64,000 nt of DNA from Alphaproteobacteria bacterium (lineage in GTDB: Bacteria; Pseudomonadota; Alphaproteobacteria; SP197): contig OZ245842.1 in NCBI GenBank assembly GCA_965228895.1, forward strand, positions 3,488,001-3,552,000, in the 5' to 3' direction. Below, one piece after another: positions 11,060 through 21,594 of the stretch. Made by a program: the position numbers and the translations under genes. The notes below the pieces were generated by a model, which did not search any database, was not told where the DNA came from, and saw nothing but the letters and a program-made list of their open reading frames with translations. How positions within the stretch are numbered: position 1 is the first letter of the stretch; the number at the start of each line of letters is the position of its first letter.

Positions 11060-12028
11060 TTGGCAAGACAGATCTATTTTCGAAAGGTCTCCGACCTACC
11101 TGTCGTCGGAGATGACCTCTTCCTCGTCGCATGCTCGGTTTCCAATGCTGGCACCGGCCTGTTTCTCTTTGCGGCGTTGTCGGCGGATGAGCAGGCGATG
11201 GAGCAAATCAATGGCTACGGCGACGGGATTTCATACACGTGGATGAGCGAACGACGACGCACCGTGCTGGTCAAACTCCGCGAAGGCGAAGGCAGTGCTA
11301 TTGAACTTCCAGATCTTTGCCTCAAGCGGCCTCTCGTAGATGAGCTTGCTGACGGACGGATTCTTGTTGCTTCGTCGTATTCTGAATGGCGAAGTCCATG
11401 CGACTTTGACAGGAATGGTTGCATCATCGATCCGGTATCGCACGGTCACTTCGACGTATTTCTCGGTGATGGCATCAGCTCGCTTTTCGTGGATTCGCAA
11501 GATCGTATTTGGGTTTCATACACTGACGTAGGTGTTTTCACTGGACATGCTTGGACACAACCTGGTGCGAAACCACTCGGTAGATCAGGCCTGAACTGTT
11601 TCGCGGTCGATGGTGAGATTCTGTGGCAGTTTCCCGGTCATAAGAAGTTCGGTGGAATCTCAGACTGCTATGCACTGAACGTCCACGGACAGACGGTGGC
11701 ACTTTACTACTACAGTCAGTTTCCGCTTTGCCGGATCACGAAAAACTTCCGGATGCGCTTTTGGGACACCGGACTATCCGGGTGCGGAAATGTAGCCATC
11801 AGTGATTCCCGTGTTCTGTTTTCCGGTCAGTATCACGACGCGGAAGCAGAGGGGTATCTCGCGAAACTGGGATTCGGCAAACTCAAGAAACTCCAGAAGG
11901 TCGAGTTTGTTGTTCCAAGCACGACAATAACGTCATCGACGCAGCTCCTGGGCCGAGGTGCAGAGATGCACTACTTCGATAAGACCGGTTGGTACAAGAC
12001 GTCGCTTCTTGACGACGATTACACCTAA
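11060..12028 (+). CDS. Hypothetical protein, lower GC, probably beta-rich
   Basis: 322-aa ORF with atypical codon usage; GDGI..VD..DRIWVSY.D.GVF and DCYALNV...YYYSQFPL motifs; start uncertain (TTG). Confidence 0.7.
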   Translation: MARQIYFRKVSDLPVVGDDLFLVACSVSNAGTGLFLFAALSADEQAMEQINGYGDGISYTWMSERRRTVLVKLREGEGSAIELPDLCLKRPLVDELADGRILVASSYSEWRSPCDFDRNGCIIDPVSHGHFDVFLGDGISSLFVDSQDRIWVSYTDVGVFTGHAWTQPGAKPLGRSGLNCFAVDGEILWQFPGHKKFGGISDCYALNVHGQTVALYYYSQFPLCRITKNFRMRFWDTGLSGCGNVAISDSRVLFSGQYHDAEAEGYLAKLGFGKLKKLQKVEFVVPSTTITSSTQLLGRGAEMHYFDKTGWYKTSLLDDDYT

Positions 12029-12088
12029 GTCACTCTGTCAACCTGACGTGTGTCGAAATGACCGGCGATCGGGAGCAGGACGGCGCCG

Positions 12089-12826
12089 TCACACCCGGAT
12101 ATCCAGCGCCTCGGCCATCGGTTGTTTGCCGTCTTCGGGCCGGCCGCGCAGGTGGCCGGAAAGCCGGTGCTCGACGGTCTTGAAGATCCACAGGATGGCG
12201 TAGGTGATCACCAGGTACATGATGCCGGCGGTGATGTAGATCTCGTAGACGTCGAAGGTGCGCGCGACGATGACGCGGGCGACGCCGGTCAGGTCCATCA
12301 GCGTGATGATCGAGACCAGCGAGGTCGACTGGAACAGGAAAACGACCTCGTTGGAATAGGCGGGCAGCGCCAGGCGCAACGCCTTGGGCAGGATGATGCG
12401 TTTGTAAAGCAGCCAGCCTGACATGCCGCATGCCTTGGCCGCCTCGATCTCGCCATGGGGCACCGCGCGGATCGCGCCGCGGAAGATCTCCGCCGTATAG
12501 GCGGCCGTGTTCAAGGTCAGCGTCAGGAGCGCGCAGAAATAGGCTTCGCGGAACAGTGTCCACAAACCGAGGTCCTGGAAGAACGGACGGAACTGGCCGC
12601 TGCCGTAATAGATCAGGAAGATCTGCACCAAAAGCGGCGTGCCGCGGAAGAAGAAGATGTAGCCATAGACCGGCGCCGACAGAAGCGGGTTGTTGGAGAC
12701 CCGCAGCATGGCCAGCGGTATGGCGGCAACCAGCCCGATGACGAGCGCGATCGCGGTGATCTGGATGGTCAGCCCAAGCCCGCCGACAAGGGCGGGGATG
12801 CTGTCGATGATGACCTGAAAATCCAT
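12089..12826 (-). CDS. Polar amino-acid ABC permease (HisM-like)
   Basis: FRGTPLLVQ, AYTAEIFRG, EAA motif. Confidence 0.93.
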   Translation of the reverse strand: MDFQVIIDSIPALVGGLGLTIQITAIALVIGLVAAIPLAMLRVSNNPLLSAPVYGYIFFFRGTPLLVQIFLIYYGSGQFRPFFQDLGLWTLFREAYFCALLTLTLNTAAYTAEIFRGAIRAVPHGEIEAAKACGMSGWLLYKRIILPKALRLALPAYSNEVVFLFQSTSLVSIITLMDLTGVARVIVARTFDVYEIYITAGIMYLVITYAILWIFKTVEHRLSGHLRGRPEDGKQPMAEALDIRV

Positions 12827-12830
12827 GACC

Positions 12831-13529
12831 TCAGGCCCGCCTGACGCCGCGGTTGGCCCAGGCCTCGATACGCTGCTGGCCGGCCATCGAGATGATGGTG
12901 ATGCCCAGATACATCAGCGAGGCCGTGAAATAGAACGAGAACGGCAGCTTGGTCGCGCCGACGGCGATGAACGTCATGCGCATGAGTTCGTCGAGCTGGA
13001 TGACCGAGACCAGCGCCGTCGCCTTGATCAGCACCATCCACACATTGCCCAGCCCCGGCAGCGCGAAACGCCAGATCTGCGGCAGCAGGATGCGACGGAA
13101 GGTCAGCATCGTGCTCATGCCCATGGCGTGGGCGGCTTCGGCTTGGCCCTTGTCGATCGCCTGGAATGCGCCGCGGAACACCTCGGTCGCGAAGGCGCCA
13201 TAGATGAACCCCAGCGTCAGGACGCCGGCAACGAACGGGTTGAAGTCGATCAGGATGTCGTAGCCCAACCTGTCGGCCAGATTCTGCACCAGGGTCGGCG
13301 TGCCGTAGAAGATGACCAGCAGCAGGATAAGCTCGGGAATACCCCGGATAACGGTGGTGTAGGTCGACGCGACGAGGTTCGCCACCTTGTTCTTGGCCAA
13401 TTTGCCCCAGGCGCCCAACAGGCCCAGCACGATGGCAAGACCCAGCGCGCAGACGCCGATCAGCAGGGTCACCTGAAGACCCTGCCACAGCATCCAGCCG
13501 TAACCCTGGAGATCAAACAGTCCGAACAA
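12831..13529 (-). CDS. Polar amino-acid ABC permease (HisQ-like)
   Basis: IRGIPEL, GQAEAAHAMG, ALPGLGNVW..LIKATAL. Confidence 0.93.
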   Translation of the reverse strand: MFGLFDLQGYGWMLWQGLQVTLLIGVCALGLAIVLGLLGAWGKLAKNKVANLVASTYTTVIRGIPELILLLVIFYGTPTLVQNLADRLGYDILIDFNPFVAGVLTLGFIYGAFATEVFRGAFQAIDKGQAEAAHAMGMSTMLTFRRILLPQIWRFALPGLGNVWMVLIKATALVSVIQLDELMRMTFIAVGATKLPFSFYFTASLMYLGITIISMAGQQRIEAWANRGVRRA

Positions 13530-13575
13530 ACGAAACCCCGGCGGTGGGTTGGTCGATGATCAGGGCCAGAAGGCA

Positions 13576-13622
13576 GCGTCCCTTCACGTGTCCTCAAAAT
13601 CGAAGACGGCGTGAAGGGACGC
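13576..13622 (-). terminator. Intergenic stem-loop after the SBP gene (terminator or mRNA stabiliser)
   Basis: Perfect 13-bp inverted repeat gcgtcccttcacg / cgtgaagggacgc. Confidence 0.6.
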
Positions 13623-13651
13623 GCGCCCCTAGCCGGCTAAAACGCTATGGC

Positions 13652-14446
13652 CTACTCGGAGCCATAGACGTTGAAGTCGAAGTACTTGTCCTGGATCGCT
13701 TGGTACGTGCCGTCGGCACGAATCTGCGCGATCGCGGCATTGAAGCCATCGACCAGATCCTGCTCGCCCTTGCGGATGGCGATACCGGCGCCATCGCCAT
13801 GCCAGCGCGGATCGTCATAGTCCGGGCCGACAAACTCAAAGCCGGCGCCCTCGTCCGTCACCAGGAAACCTTCCTTCAGCGCGACGGAGTCAGCCATCAC
13901 CAGATCGACACGGCCGTTGGCCAGATCCAGGTTGGCTTCGTCCTGCGTGGCGTAGACCACGACCTCGACATCCGGGAAGTTATCGCGGATGAAGTTCTCG
14001 TGGATGGTCGCGCGCTGGACGCCGACCTTCATGCCGGAGATCGCCTCGTTCGCCGCCGTGTAATCCTCGGGGATTACCAGTTCGATGTTCTTGTCTTTGA
14101 TGAACTTGGCAGGCGTCGAATAGTACTTGTTGGTGAAGTCGACGACCTCGGCACGCTCGGCCGTGATCGACATGGACGCGATAATGGCGTCGTACTTCTG
14201 GGCCAGCAGACCGGGGATGATGCCGTCCCAATCTTGCACGACAAACTCGCACTCATACCCCGCGGCATCGCACAGCGCGACGGCGATATCGATGTCAAAG
14301 CCGACCAGATTGCCGTCCGAGTCGATGGAATTGAACGGCGGGTAGGCGCCTTCCGTGCCGATACGCACGACATCCTGCGCCTGCGCGGCGTTTGCGGCAA
14401 AACCGACCGCAACGGCGACAACCGCCGCTTTAATGAGAGATCTCAT
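13652..14446 (-). CDS. Polar amino-acid ABC substrate-binding protein (HisJ/ArgT-like)
   Basis: Signal peptide; IGTEGAYPPF, GFDIDI, QDWDGIIPGL, MSITAER; AAGGAGG RBS. Confidence 0.95.
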   Translation of the reverse strand: MRSLIKAAVVAVAVGFAANAAQAQDVVRIGTEGAYPPFNSIDSDGNLVGFDIDIAVALCDAAGYECEFVVQDWDGIIPGLLAQKYDAIIASMSITAERAEVVDFTNKYYSTPAKFIKDKNIELVIPEDYTAANEAISGMKVGVQRATIHENFIRDNFPDVEVVVYATQDEANLDLANGRVDLVMADSVALKEGFLVTDEGAGFEFVGPDYDDPRWHGDGAGIAIRKGEQDLVDGFNAAIAQIRADGTYQAIQDKYFDFNVYGSE

Positions 14447-14507
14447 GGATATCCTCCTTTTTCCTCTCAAACCTCATGCTTAAACAAATGCCCCCTCATA
14501 ACCGGCC

Positions 14508-15284
14508 CTATGGATGTTCCAGATTGCTCGCCAGGAACTGCCGGAAGCGTTCTGATTTCTGGCCTTCGAAAAGCTCCTTGGGCGGGCCGTGTTCTTCGAC
14601 GCGGCCCTCGTGCAGAAAGATCACCTCCGACGATACCTCGCGCGCGAAACCCATTTCGTGGGTGACGACGATCATGGTGCGCCCTTCTTCCGCCAGTTGA
14701 CGGATGACGCGCATCACCTCGCCGACCAGCTCCGGGTCAAGCGCCGATGTCGGCTCGTCGAACAGCAGGACGTCGGGGTCGACGGCGAGCGCGCGCGCGA
14801 TCGCCGCGCGCTGCTGCTGGCCGCCGGAAAGATGGGCGGGGTAATAGTCCAGCTTGTCGGCCAGGCCGACCTTGTCCAGGATCGCCCTGGCCTGTTCCTC
14901 GGCTTCATGTTTCGGCCGCTTCAGGACATGCACCGGCGCTTCCATGACGTTCTGCAGGACGGTCATGTGGGACCACAGATTGAACTGCTGAAACACCATG
15001 CCGAGCTTCGAGCGAATGCGGTCGACCTGGCGCGAATCCTCAGGCACCGGGGCGCCGCGCCGGTTGGTTGTCATGCGGATCAGCTCACCCGCGACATAGA
15101 CCTCGCCGGCATTCGGCACCTCAAGCAGGTTGATGCAGCGCAGGAACGTGCTCTTGCCGGAGCCGCTCGAGCCGATCATCGCAATGACATCGCCCTCGTG
15201 CGCCGTCATCGACACACCCTTAAGGACTTCCAAAGCGCCGAAACTCTTATGCAGGTCGTTGACGACGATTGCCGCCTCGGCCAT
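14508..15284 (-). CDS. Polar amino-acid ABC ATP-binding protein (HisP-like)
   Basis: GSSGSGKST, LSGGQQQR, FDEPTSALDPELV. Confidence 0.95.
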   Translation of the reverse strand: MAEAAIVVNDLHKSFGALEVLKGVSMTAHEGDVIAMIGSSGSGKSTFLRCINLLEVPNAGEVYVAGELIRMTTNRRGAPVPEDSRQVDRIRSKLGMVFQQFNLWSHMTVLQNVMEAPVHVLKRPKHEAEEQARAILDKVGLADKLDYYPAHLSGGQQQRAAIARALAVDPDVLLFDEPTSALDPELVGEVMRVIRQLAEEGRTMIVVTHEMGFAREVSSEVIFLHEGRVEEHGPPKELFEGQKSERFRQFLASNLEHP

Positions 15285-15508
15285 GCGTTCCTCCCGAACT
15301 TGCTTTTTTTGACCATTGGAATTGGTCATGTCTTGTTGTTGCCAGCAGTCAAACCACGAATGGGCGGGCATGGCAAGCACCATGGATTGTTCTGTCCAAG
15401 AGACTTACAAGCCTTCTAAATACAGTTAGCGGCAGCGCTTGGGTCCTTTAGGCTGGGCCGGTCAATCCGTGCTGACACACGTGTCTCGCGCAACCTGGAG
15501 TCTTCTGG

Positions 15509-16939
15509 ATGGCCGGCCGCAACGTCTTGATCTTGATGTCCGACGAACACCTGCGCGAAGCCGCCGGGTGTTACGGCGGCCAGGTCCACACGCCCAACTT
15601 GGACAAGCTGGCGGCAAAGGGGACACGCTTTACGCAGGCCGTCACGCCGTCGCCGATTTGCGTGCCGGCCCGCGCATCGCTCGCCACCGGTCGTTACGTG
15701 CACGACATCGGTTTCTGGTCGAACGCCCAGCCCTATGACGGCAGCGTCAAGGGTTGGGGCCATCGCCTGATCGATGAAGGCCATCGCGTGGTGTCGATCG
15801 GTAAACTGCACTACCGCAGCGCCGATGACGACAACGGCTTCGACGAAGAGATCATCCCGCTGCATGTGAGAAACGGCATCGGCTGGGTGCGCGGTCTTCT
15901 GGGCCGCGACGGCTCGGCATGGAACAACGCCGACCACTTCGCCGAGGAGATCGGACCGGGCCTGTGCGACTATAACCGCTACGACATGCGCGTCGGCGAA
16001 GAGACCTGCCGCTGGCTGACCGACGAGGCGCCCAAGACCGGCGACAAACCATGGGTGCTCTATGCTTCGTTCGTCACGCCGCACTATCCGCTGATCGTGC
16101 CCCAGGAATTCTACGACCTCTATCCGCTCGATCGGCTGGAGCCGCCGCGCCTCAACGCGCCGGACGAACAATCGACGCATCCTGTCGTTCAAGCCATGCG
16201 CGGATTCATGAACTACGACGACTTCTTCGACGACCACACACGCTTGGTCGCCAAGGCGAGTTATCTGGGCCTCTGTTCCTTTCTCGACGATCAGATCGGC
16301 AAGGTGTTGGCCGCGCTCGAAGCGACCGGCCAAGCAGACAACACGCTCATCCTTTATTCCAGCGATCACGGCGAACTCGCGGGCAACCACGGGCTCTGGA
16401 CGAAATGCGTGATGTATGAAGAGTCCGCAGCCATCCCCATGCTCGCCGCCGGTCCCGGCATTCCCGAAGGCCAGGTGCGCGACGATCCGGTCTCGCTGAT
16501 TGATATCCATCAGACCGTGCTGGAGACGGCCGGGCTCGGGCTGTCCGATGACGACAGCGACCTGCCCGGACGCTCGTTGATCGGCATCGCCAACGGCGAA
16601 CGTCATGGCCGCACGCTGCTCAGCGAATACCACGACGGTGGTTCGATCACCGGCATGTTCATGATCCGCATGGGCCGCTGGAAGTACACGGCCTATCCAG
16701 GTTACCCACCGGAACTGTTTGATCTGGAAGCCGATCCCGTTGAGGCCAACGACCTCGGCCAGAGTTCCGAGCACCAGGCCATACGCGCCCAGTGCGACAA
16801 GGCGCTCAGATCCGTCGTCGACCCCGACGAGGCCAACCGGCGCGCGTTCGCCGACCAGGCAGCGCGCATCGCAGAACTGGGTGGGCGCGAGGGCATCATG
16901 GCGACCGAGGACTTCGACCAGTCGCCGGTGCCCCTGTGA
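15509..16939 (+). CDS. Sulfatase (choline-sulfatase-like)
   Basis: NVLILMSDEH, CVPARASLATG (CxPxR), GKLH, SDHGE. Confidence 0.92.
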   Translation: MAGRNVLILMSDEHLREAAGCYGGQVHTPNLDKLAAKGTRFTQAVTPSPICVPARASLATGRYVHDIGFWSNAQPYDGSVKGWGHRLIDEGHRVVSIGKLHYRSADDDNGFDEEIIPLHVRNGIGWVRGLLGRDGSAWNNADHFAEEIGPGLCDYNRYDMRVGEETCRWLTDEAPKTGDKPWVLYASFVTPHYPLIVPQEFYDLYPLDRLEPPRLNAPDEQSTHPVVQAMRGFMNYDDFFDDHTRLVAKASYLGLCSFLDDQIGKVLAALEATGQADNTLILYSSDHGELAGNHGLWTKCVMYEESAAIPMLAAGPGIPEGQVRDDPVSLIDIHQTVLETAGLGLSDDDSDLPGRSLIGIANGERHGRTLLSEYHDGGSITGMFMIRMGRWKYTAYPGYPPELFDLEADPVEANDLGQSSEHQAIRAQCDKALRSVVDPDEANRRAFADQAARIAELGGREGIMATEDFDQSPVPL

Positions 16940-17706
16940 TCGCGACGCTCAAACCGATCGCGCTGTCATGCGTCCTTGCCCTTTTCCTTATCGTCCGGGC
17001 CCTCGCTGACGAACCGATCGTCTGGGCGACCGACGGCCAATTCGCACCATTCAGCACGACCGACGAAACCGGCGCGGCCAGCGGCCTCGACCGTGATGTC
17101 GCGGATGCAATCTGCGACGCGCTCGACCGTCCATGCGCGTTTCTTGTCGTCCCCTGGGCCGACCTCTACCCGGGCCTGAACGACGGCCGCTTCGACCTGC
17201 TCTATTCCGGCATGTCGCCATGGACCGTCAGGGCGGCAGGCGCCACGCCAAGCGCCGCCTATTTTTCGACAGCCGGGCGTTTCGTCACGGTTGATGGCCG
17301 TCTCGACGAGGTCGACATCATGGCGCCCGACATCGTCATCGGCGTCTTGGCCGGCACACCGCATGCGCGCTACCTGGAGGCCACGATCGGCAGCGCCGAA
17401 CGCCTCAGGCGTTACGCCGATGAAGAAGAAATGTACTTCGGCCTTTTGGCCGGCGCCACCGATGTGGTGTTCGGCGACGGCCTGTTGCTTTACCACGATG
17501 TCGTCCAGCCGATCCGTGATCTTGCCATCAACTTCGTGCCGCCGGATGTGGACGACGAAGACTATTTCGACGGTGGCTTGGTCTTCGCCTTGCGCCCCGG
17601 CGACGCCCTTACCGCCGACATCGCACACGCGCTCCAGACGCTACGCGACGACGGCAGGCTCGACGCCATCATCGAACAGCATTTGCCGGGCTACACGATT
17701 CCCTGA
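16936..17706 (+). CDS. Family 3 ABC substrate-binding protein
   Basis: WATDGQFAPFS, GLDRDV, VPWADLYPGL; GTG overlaps the sulfatase stop. Confidence 0.8.
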   Translation: MIATLKPIALSCVLALFLIVRALADEPIVWATDGQFAPFSTTDETGAASGLDRDVADAICDALDRPCAFLVVPWADLYPGLNDGRFDLLYSGMSPWTVRAAGATPSAAYFSTAGRFVTVDGRLDEVDIMAPDIVIGVLAGTPHARYLEATIGSAERLRRYADEEEMYFGLLAGATDVVFGDGLLLYHDVVQPIRDLAINFVPPDVDDEDYFDGGLVFALRPGDALTADIAHALQTLRDDGRLDAIIEQHLPGYTIP

Positions 17707-17986
17707 CGTGATCGTTGAGCGTACCCACCAAACACACGCTTGATGCGGCGACGCGCATCACTTATACAGGCGCCATGATAACGCGCACTCATTAAGAACA
17801 GTCGGCCACACGGCCGACTTGGCCTGACCGAACGGTCAGCCGCTGCTGCGCGTCTGCATTCAGACTTCCCGACATTCTTGATCGACCAAGGGCGCGCATC
17901 CCCGAAACCGGGGCACCGTGCGCGCACTTCAGATCCGACCTCGCGTTCAATGCCCCCGCAGACCACCAAACGGATTGGCCGGGATC

Positions 17987-19375
17987 ATGAACGTCATCGC
18001 GCACTTGTTTGGGCTGAGACCCCGATCGCTTTCGCCGTGGCGGCGCGAAATCGGCGCGACGATTCCGCTCGCCATCCCGCTTGCCCTGACCGAGCTGGCT
18101 TACATATCGATCATGACGACCGACGTCATCATGATGGGTTGGCTGGGTTCCGACATGCTTGCCGCCGGTTCGCTGGCGATGCGCCTGAACTTCTTCTTCG
18201 TGATGATCCCGTTCGGCGTGTTGGGCGCCGTCGCGCCGATCATAGCGCAGCATCTGGGCGCCCGGCGCTTTCGCATGGTTCGGCGCGCCGCGCGCCAGGG
18301 CCTGTGGCTCGCGGTTATCACGTCCCTGCCCTGCCTTGTCGTCAGTTGGAACGCCGAGGCGATCCTGGTCCTGTTGGGCCAAGATCCGGCGCTGGCCAAG
18401 GCCGGACAGTCCTACCTGCGCTACATGATCATCGGCTTGATTCCCGCCATGTGGATGTACGTCCTTGCTGAGTTCTTGGCCGCGCATGCCAGACCGCGCC
18501 CCGCGCTGGTCGTGACGGTCATCGCGATCGGCCTTAACGCACTGGCCAACTATGTGCTGATGTTCGGCGCGTTCGGCTTTCCGGCACTCGGGCTGGATGG
18601 CGCGGGCATCTCGACCGCGGTGGTCGATATCTTCATGTTCGCCGCCCTTCTCTTCTACGTGCTTCAGGACCGGCGCCTGCGCCGCTACCGCATTCTGGGC
18701 CGGTTATGGCGCGCCGATGTCGAGCAGATGATCGAGATCGTGCGCATCGGTTTTCCGATCGCGCTCACCAACCTGTCCGAAGACGGCATGTATCTGGTCA
18801 TGACCTTGCTGATGGGTCTGCTCGGTACAGCAGCCCTGGCGGCACATACGGTCGCCGGTCAATCGTGCGCGATCTTCTTCATGGTATCCGGCGGCCTGAC
18901 TCTGGCGGCAACCGTGCGCGTCGGGCGCGCCGCGGGCGCCGGTCATCACGTCGATGCGCGGCGCGCCGGCTGGACCGCCATCGGTCTGGCGACGTGTTTC
19001 GCTGTCGTCCCCGCCATGCTGTTCTGGTTCCATGGTGACCTGGTGATCGGCATCTTCCTCGATGCATCGCTGCCGGAGAACGCGGAGGCCATCGCGCTGG
19101 CCATACCGCTGCTGGCCATCGCCGCGGTGTTCCAGCTGGCCGACGGCATGCAGGTGACCGCGATGGGCGCGCTGCGCGGCCTGAAAGACACGCGCGGTCC
19201 GATGATGGTTACGCTGATCGTCTATTGGGTCTTGGCGGTGCCGCTATCCGTCCTGCTGGTCCTTGTCTTCGATCAGGGCAGTCAGGCGATCTGGATATGC
19301 CTGGCGGTCGCGTTTTGCCTTGTCGCGGCGCTGTTGGTGCGCCGCTTTCACCGACAAACCAGACAAGCCCAATGA
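17987..19375 (+). CDS. MATE family efflux transporter
   Basis: 12 TM; TDVIMMGWLG, FQLADG.QV...GALRGLKDT. Confidence 0.92.
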   Translation: MNVIAHLFGLRPRSLSPWRREIGATIPLAIPLALTELAYISIMTTDVIMMGWLGSDMLAAGSLAMRLNFFFVMIPFGVLGAVAPIIAQHLGARRFRMVRRAARQGLWLAVITSLPCLVVSWNAEAILVLLGQDPALAKAGQSYLRYMIIGLIPAMWMYVLAEFLAAHARPRPALVVTVIAIGLNALANYVLMFGAFGFPALGLDGAGISTAVVDIFMFAALLFYVLQDRRLRRYRILGRLWRADVEQMIEIVRIGFPIALTNLSEDGMYLVMTLLMGLLGTAALAAHTVAGQSCAIFFMVSGGLTLAATVRVGRAAGAGHHVDARRAGWTAIGLATCFAVVPAMLFWFHGDLVIGIFLDASLPENAEAIALAIPLLAIAAVFQLADGMQVTAMGALRGLKDTRGPMMVTLIVYWVLAVPLSVLLVLVFDQGSQAIWICLAVAFCLVAALLVRRFHRQTRQAQ

Positions 19376-19380
19376 GCTGG

Positions 19381-20523
19381 TCAATCCAGCAACAGGTTCT
19401 CGCGCTGATCGGCCAGCGGCTCCGCACCGGCGACCTGGCAGACACACTGCCCCTCGACAACGTAGTGGCTGTCGACGAGTTCATAGACCAGACCGTCGGT
19501 CGGGCTCGTCACCGGATGACGCGCCGCCGACGCCTTGTCCGCCATCGGATCGACGATCTCGGCAACAACGTCGCCTGTGCGCACGTGGGCGCCCAGGTCG
19601 GTCTTGAAGCTGACCACGCCCGTCGCCGGCGCCATGATGAAACCGACGCCTGCCAGCGGCGTGGGGTCGCATTGGGGCTCCGGCAGAGGACCGGGATCGC
19701 CGGCGACGACCGAGCGTCGCTGAAGAAACCGCATCAGGTTGGCCGCATCGCCGGCGGCGGTCGCATCGTCGACATCGGTGAAGCCGCGCAGTTCGATTGT
19801 CGCGGATAAACAGCCAAGCGGGATCGGCCGGTCAGGATGGTGCGCGGCAAGTTGCCGCCAGAGATTGGCGACCGCATGATCGAAGGCGACACCGCTGCCG
19901 GTTTCCTCTTCCAGCAATGTCGCCTCGCTACCCAGATCGGCGTGCAGGTCGGCGGCATCGGGCCATGACGCGGCGTTGAGAAAGAGATGCATCAGCGCGT
20001 TCGACGCGCAATGCAGATCGAGCACGATGTCGGCATCGATGGCGAGACCGAGCAGCGCCTTCTTCAGCATCGGCGACGGCTGCGCGGCAGGTGTTGCGGC
20101 GACCGCGTCAATCGCCGCACGACGGATCGCTGCGACGTTGCGCACGGGGTCGTCGCCAAGCTCGGCCGTGACCGAGGCCTCGACGGCATCGGCGACATCG
20201 GGGAAACCACGGTTGAAGTTGACGCCGGAATCCATGTCGTACCGGCCGAGATGGCGGCGCTGCACCCGTTGAGCCAGGCCAATCGGGTTGGCGACCGGCA
20301 CCACGGTCACCTCGCCTTTGATCTCGCCCCTGGCATCCGCGTCTTCAAGCAGCGCCAGCATGTGGTGGGCGACCAACAAGGCCGGAATCTCGCCGGCATG
20401 GATCGCCGCCTGGATAAAGACCTTGGGCCGGACGCCGGTGTCGCCGAAACGGTGCACGGTCAAAACTTGATCGGACCCGAGCGACGGAACCGGCAGCGGC
20501 AGGCGTTCAACGACATGACTCAT
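19381..20523 (-). CDS. Succinylglutamate desuccinylase/aspartoacylase family (AstE-like) paralog 1
   Basis: AAIHAGE, VPVANPIG, NFNR, DLH, TIELRG. Confidence 0.9.
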   Translation of the reverse strand: MSHVVERLPLPVPSLGSDQVLTVHRFGDTGVRPKVFIQAAIHAGEIPALLVAHHMLALLEDADARGEIKGEVTVVPVANPIGLAQRVQRRHLGRYDMDSGVNFNRGFPDVADAVEASVTAELGDDPVRNVAAIRRAAIDAVAATPAAQPSPMLKKALLGLAIDADIVLDLHCASNALMHLFLNAASWPDAADLHADLGSEATLLEEETGSGVAFDHAVANLWRQLAAHHPDRPIPLGCLSATIELRGFTDVDDATAAGDAANLMRFLQRRSVVAGDPGPLPEPQCDPTPLAGVGFIMAPATGVVSFKTDLGAHVRTGDVVAEIVDPMADKASAARHPVTSPTDGLVYELVDSHYVVEGQCVCQVAGAEPLADQRENLLLD

Positions 20524-20610
20524 CGCAGGGAAACCCGGGTTCGGTCAGCCGGCATAACGATCTCTATCGTTGTGAGATAGTCTTGCCGGCAAAGGGGAGC
20601 GCAAGATGGC

Positions 20611-20651
20611 ACAAGACCGCTTCGGAATCAGCCATTCCGAAACGGTCTTGT
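20611..20651. terminator. Stem-loop downstream of the BTLCP gene
   Basis: acaagaccg(c)ttcggaat-cagcc-attccgaa(a)cggtcttgt inverted repeat. Confidence 0.6.
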
Positions 20652-20725
20652 TGACCCCAGGACGCTAAGCTGCGCGTGTCTGTGGGAAGGGGTTGGACCT
20701 CACGAGCGCCGGTGGCGCGCGCCAG

Positions 20726-21487
20726 CTAGAACAAGCTGATCAGGAAGTCCTCGATCTCGTCGGTCTCGCCATCGCCGGACGCAGGCGCGGTCTGGATGGG
20801 ATCCGGCTCAGGGTGCGCGGCCGGCATGTAGATCCAATGATCGACCTGGTTCAGCGCATAGATCGGACGATAGTCCTCATCCATGTCGACCTCGACCTCG
20901 GTGCTCAGGTTATCAAGCACGAGGGTCTGGCCATTCTGCTGCACTTCCAGAACCGCGTGATGGATGCCCCGGCTTTCGTCCAGCAGCACGACCAGGCGCA
21001 TGTCCTGTTCGGCGAAACCCAGCAGGCGCAGTGCGGCGTACTTGGCGATCGCATAGTCCTCGCAATCGCCCGACCCCGCGGCAAACGACAGCGGCGACTG
21101 CCAGACATCCTCGACACCGAAGATGGCGTCGTCGGTGGTATAGGGCAGACGGTTGAAATGATCGTTGACGGCTTCAAGCTGCTGGTCACGCGGCTTGTCG
21201 GCGACCGTGCCGAGAAAGGCGACGAACGCCGAAACCGACGAACGGTCGCACGAACCGTCCTGGCGACAGGCCTCGATGGTGGCCTCGTCCCGGTCGATCA
21301 GCGTGGTCAGTTGGCTCCAGGCTGGAATCTTCAGCGCGTCGCCGACGCTGACGTCGACGAGCTCGCCATTGTCGTTGGCAAAGGCGTTACCCGTCAGTGC
21401 GAGTAGCGCAATTCCCGTCCCCAAAATCTTTCGAAGAAACCGGCCCCGTGTCCCAGATCGATACAGTTTCATCTCCGCGGTCACCAA
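20726..21487 (-). CDS. Bacterial transglutaminase-like cysteine proteinase (BTLCP/LapG family)
   Basis: Signal peptide; GDCEDYAIAKY...HAVL...LVLDN Cys-His-Asp triad. Confidence 0.9.
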   Translation of the reverse strand: MVTAEMKLYRSGTRGRFLRKILGTGIALLALTGNAFANDNGELVDVSVGDALKIPAWSQLTTLIDRDEATIEACRQDGSCDRSSVSAFVAFLGTVADKPRDQQLEAVNDHFNRLPYTTDDAIFGVEDVWQSPLSFAAGSGDCEDYAIAKYAALRLLGFAEQDMRLVVLLDESRGIHHAVLEVQQNGQTLVLDNLSTEVEVDMDEDYRPIYALNQVDHWIYMPAAHPEPDPIQTAPASGDGETDEIEDFLISLF

Positions 21488-21594
21488 GTAGTTAGTAACA
21501 CTTTGGGAGTAGTGTATCGATACCTCTAACGAGTTATGTGACTGCTATCACAAAGAGATAGTTATACGTCTTTAGTGTGGGGTAGAGATGTCTC

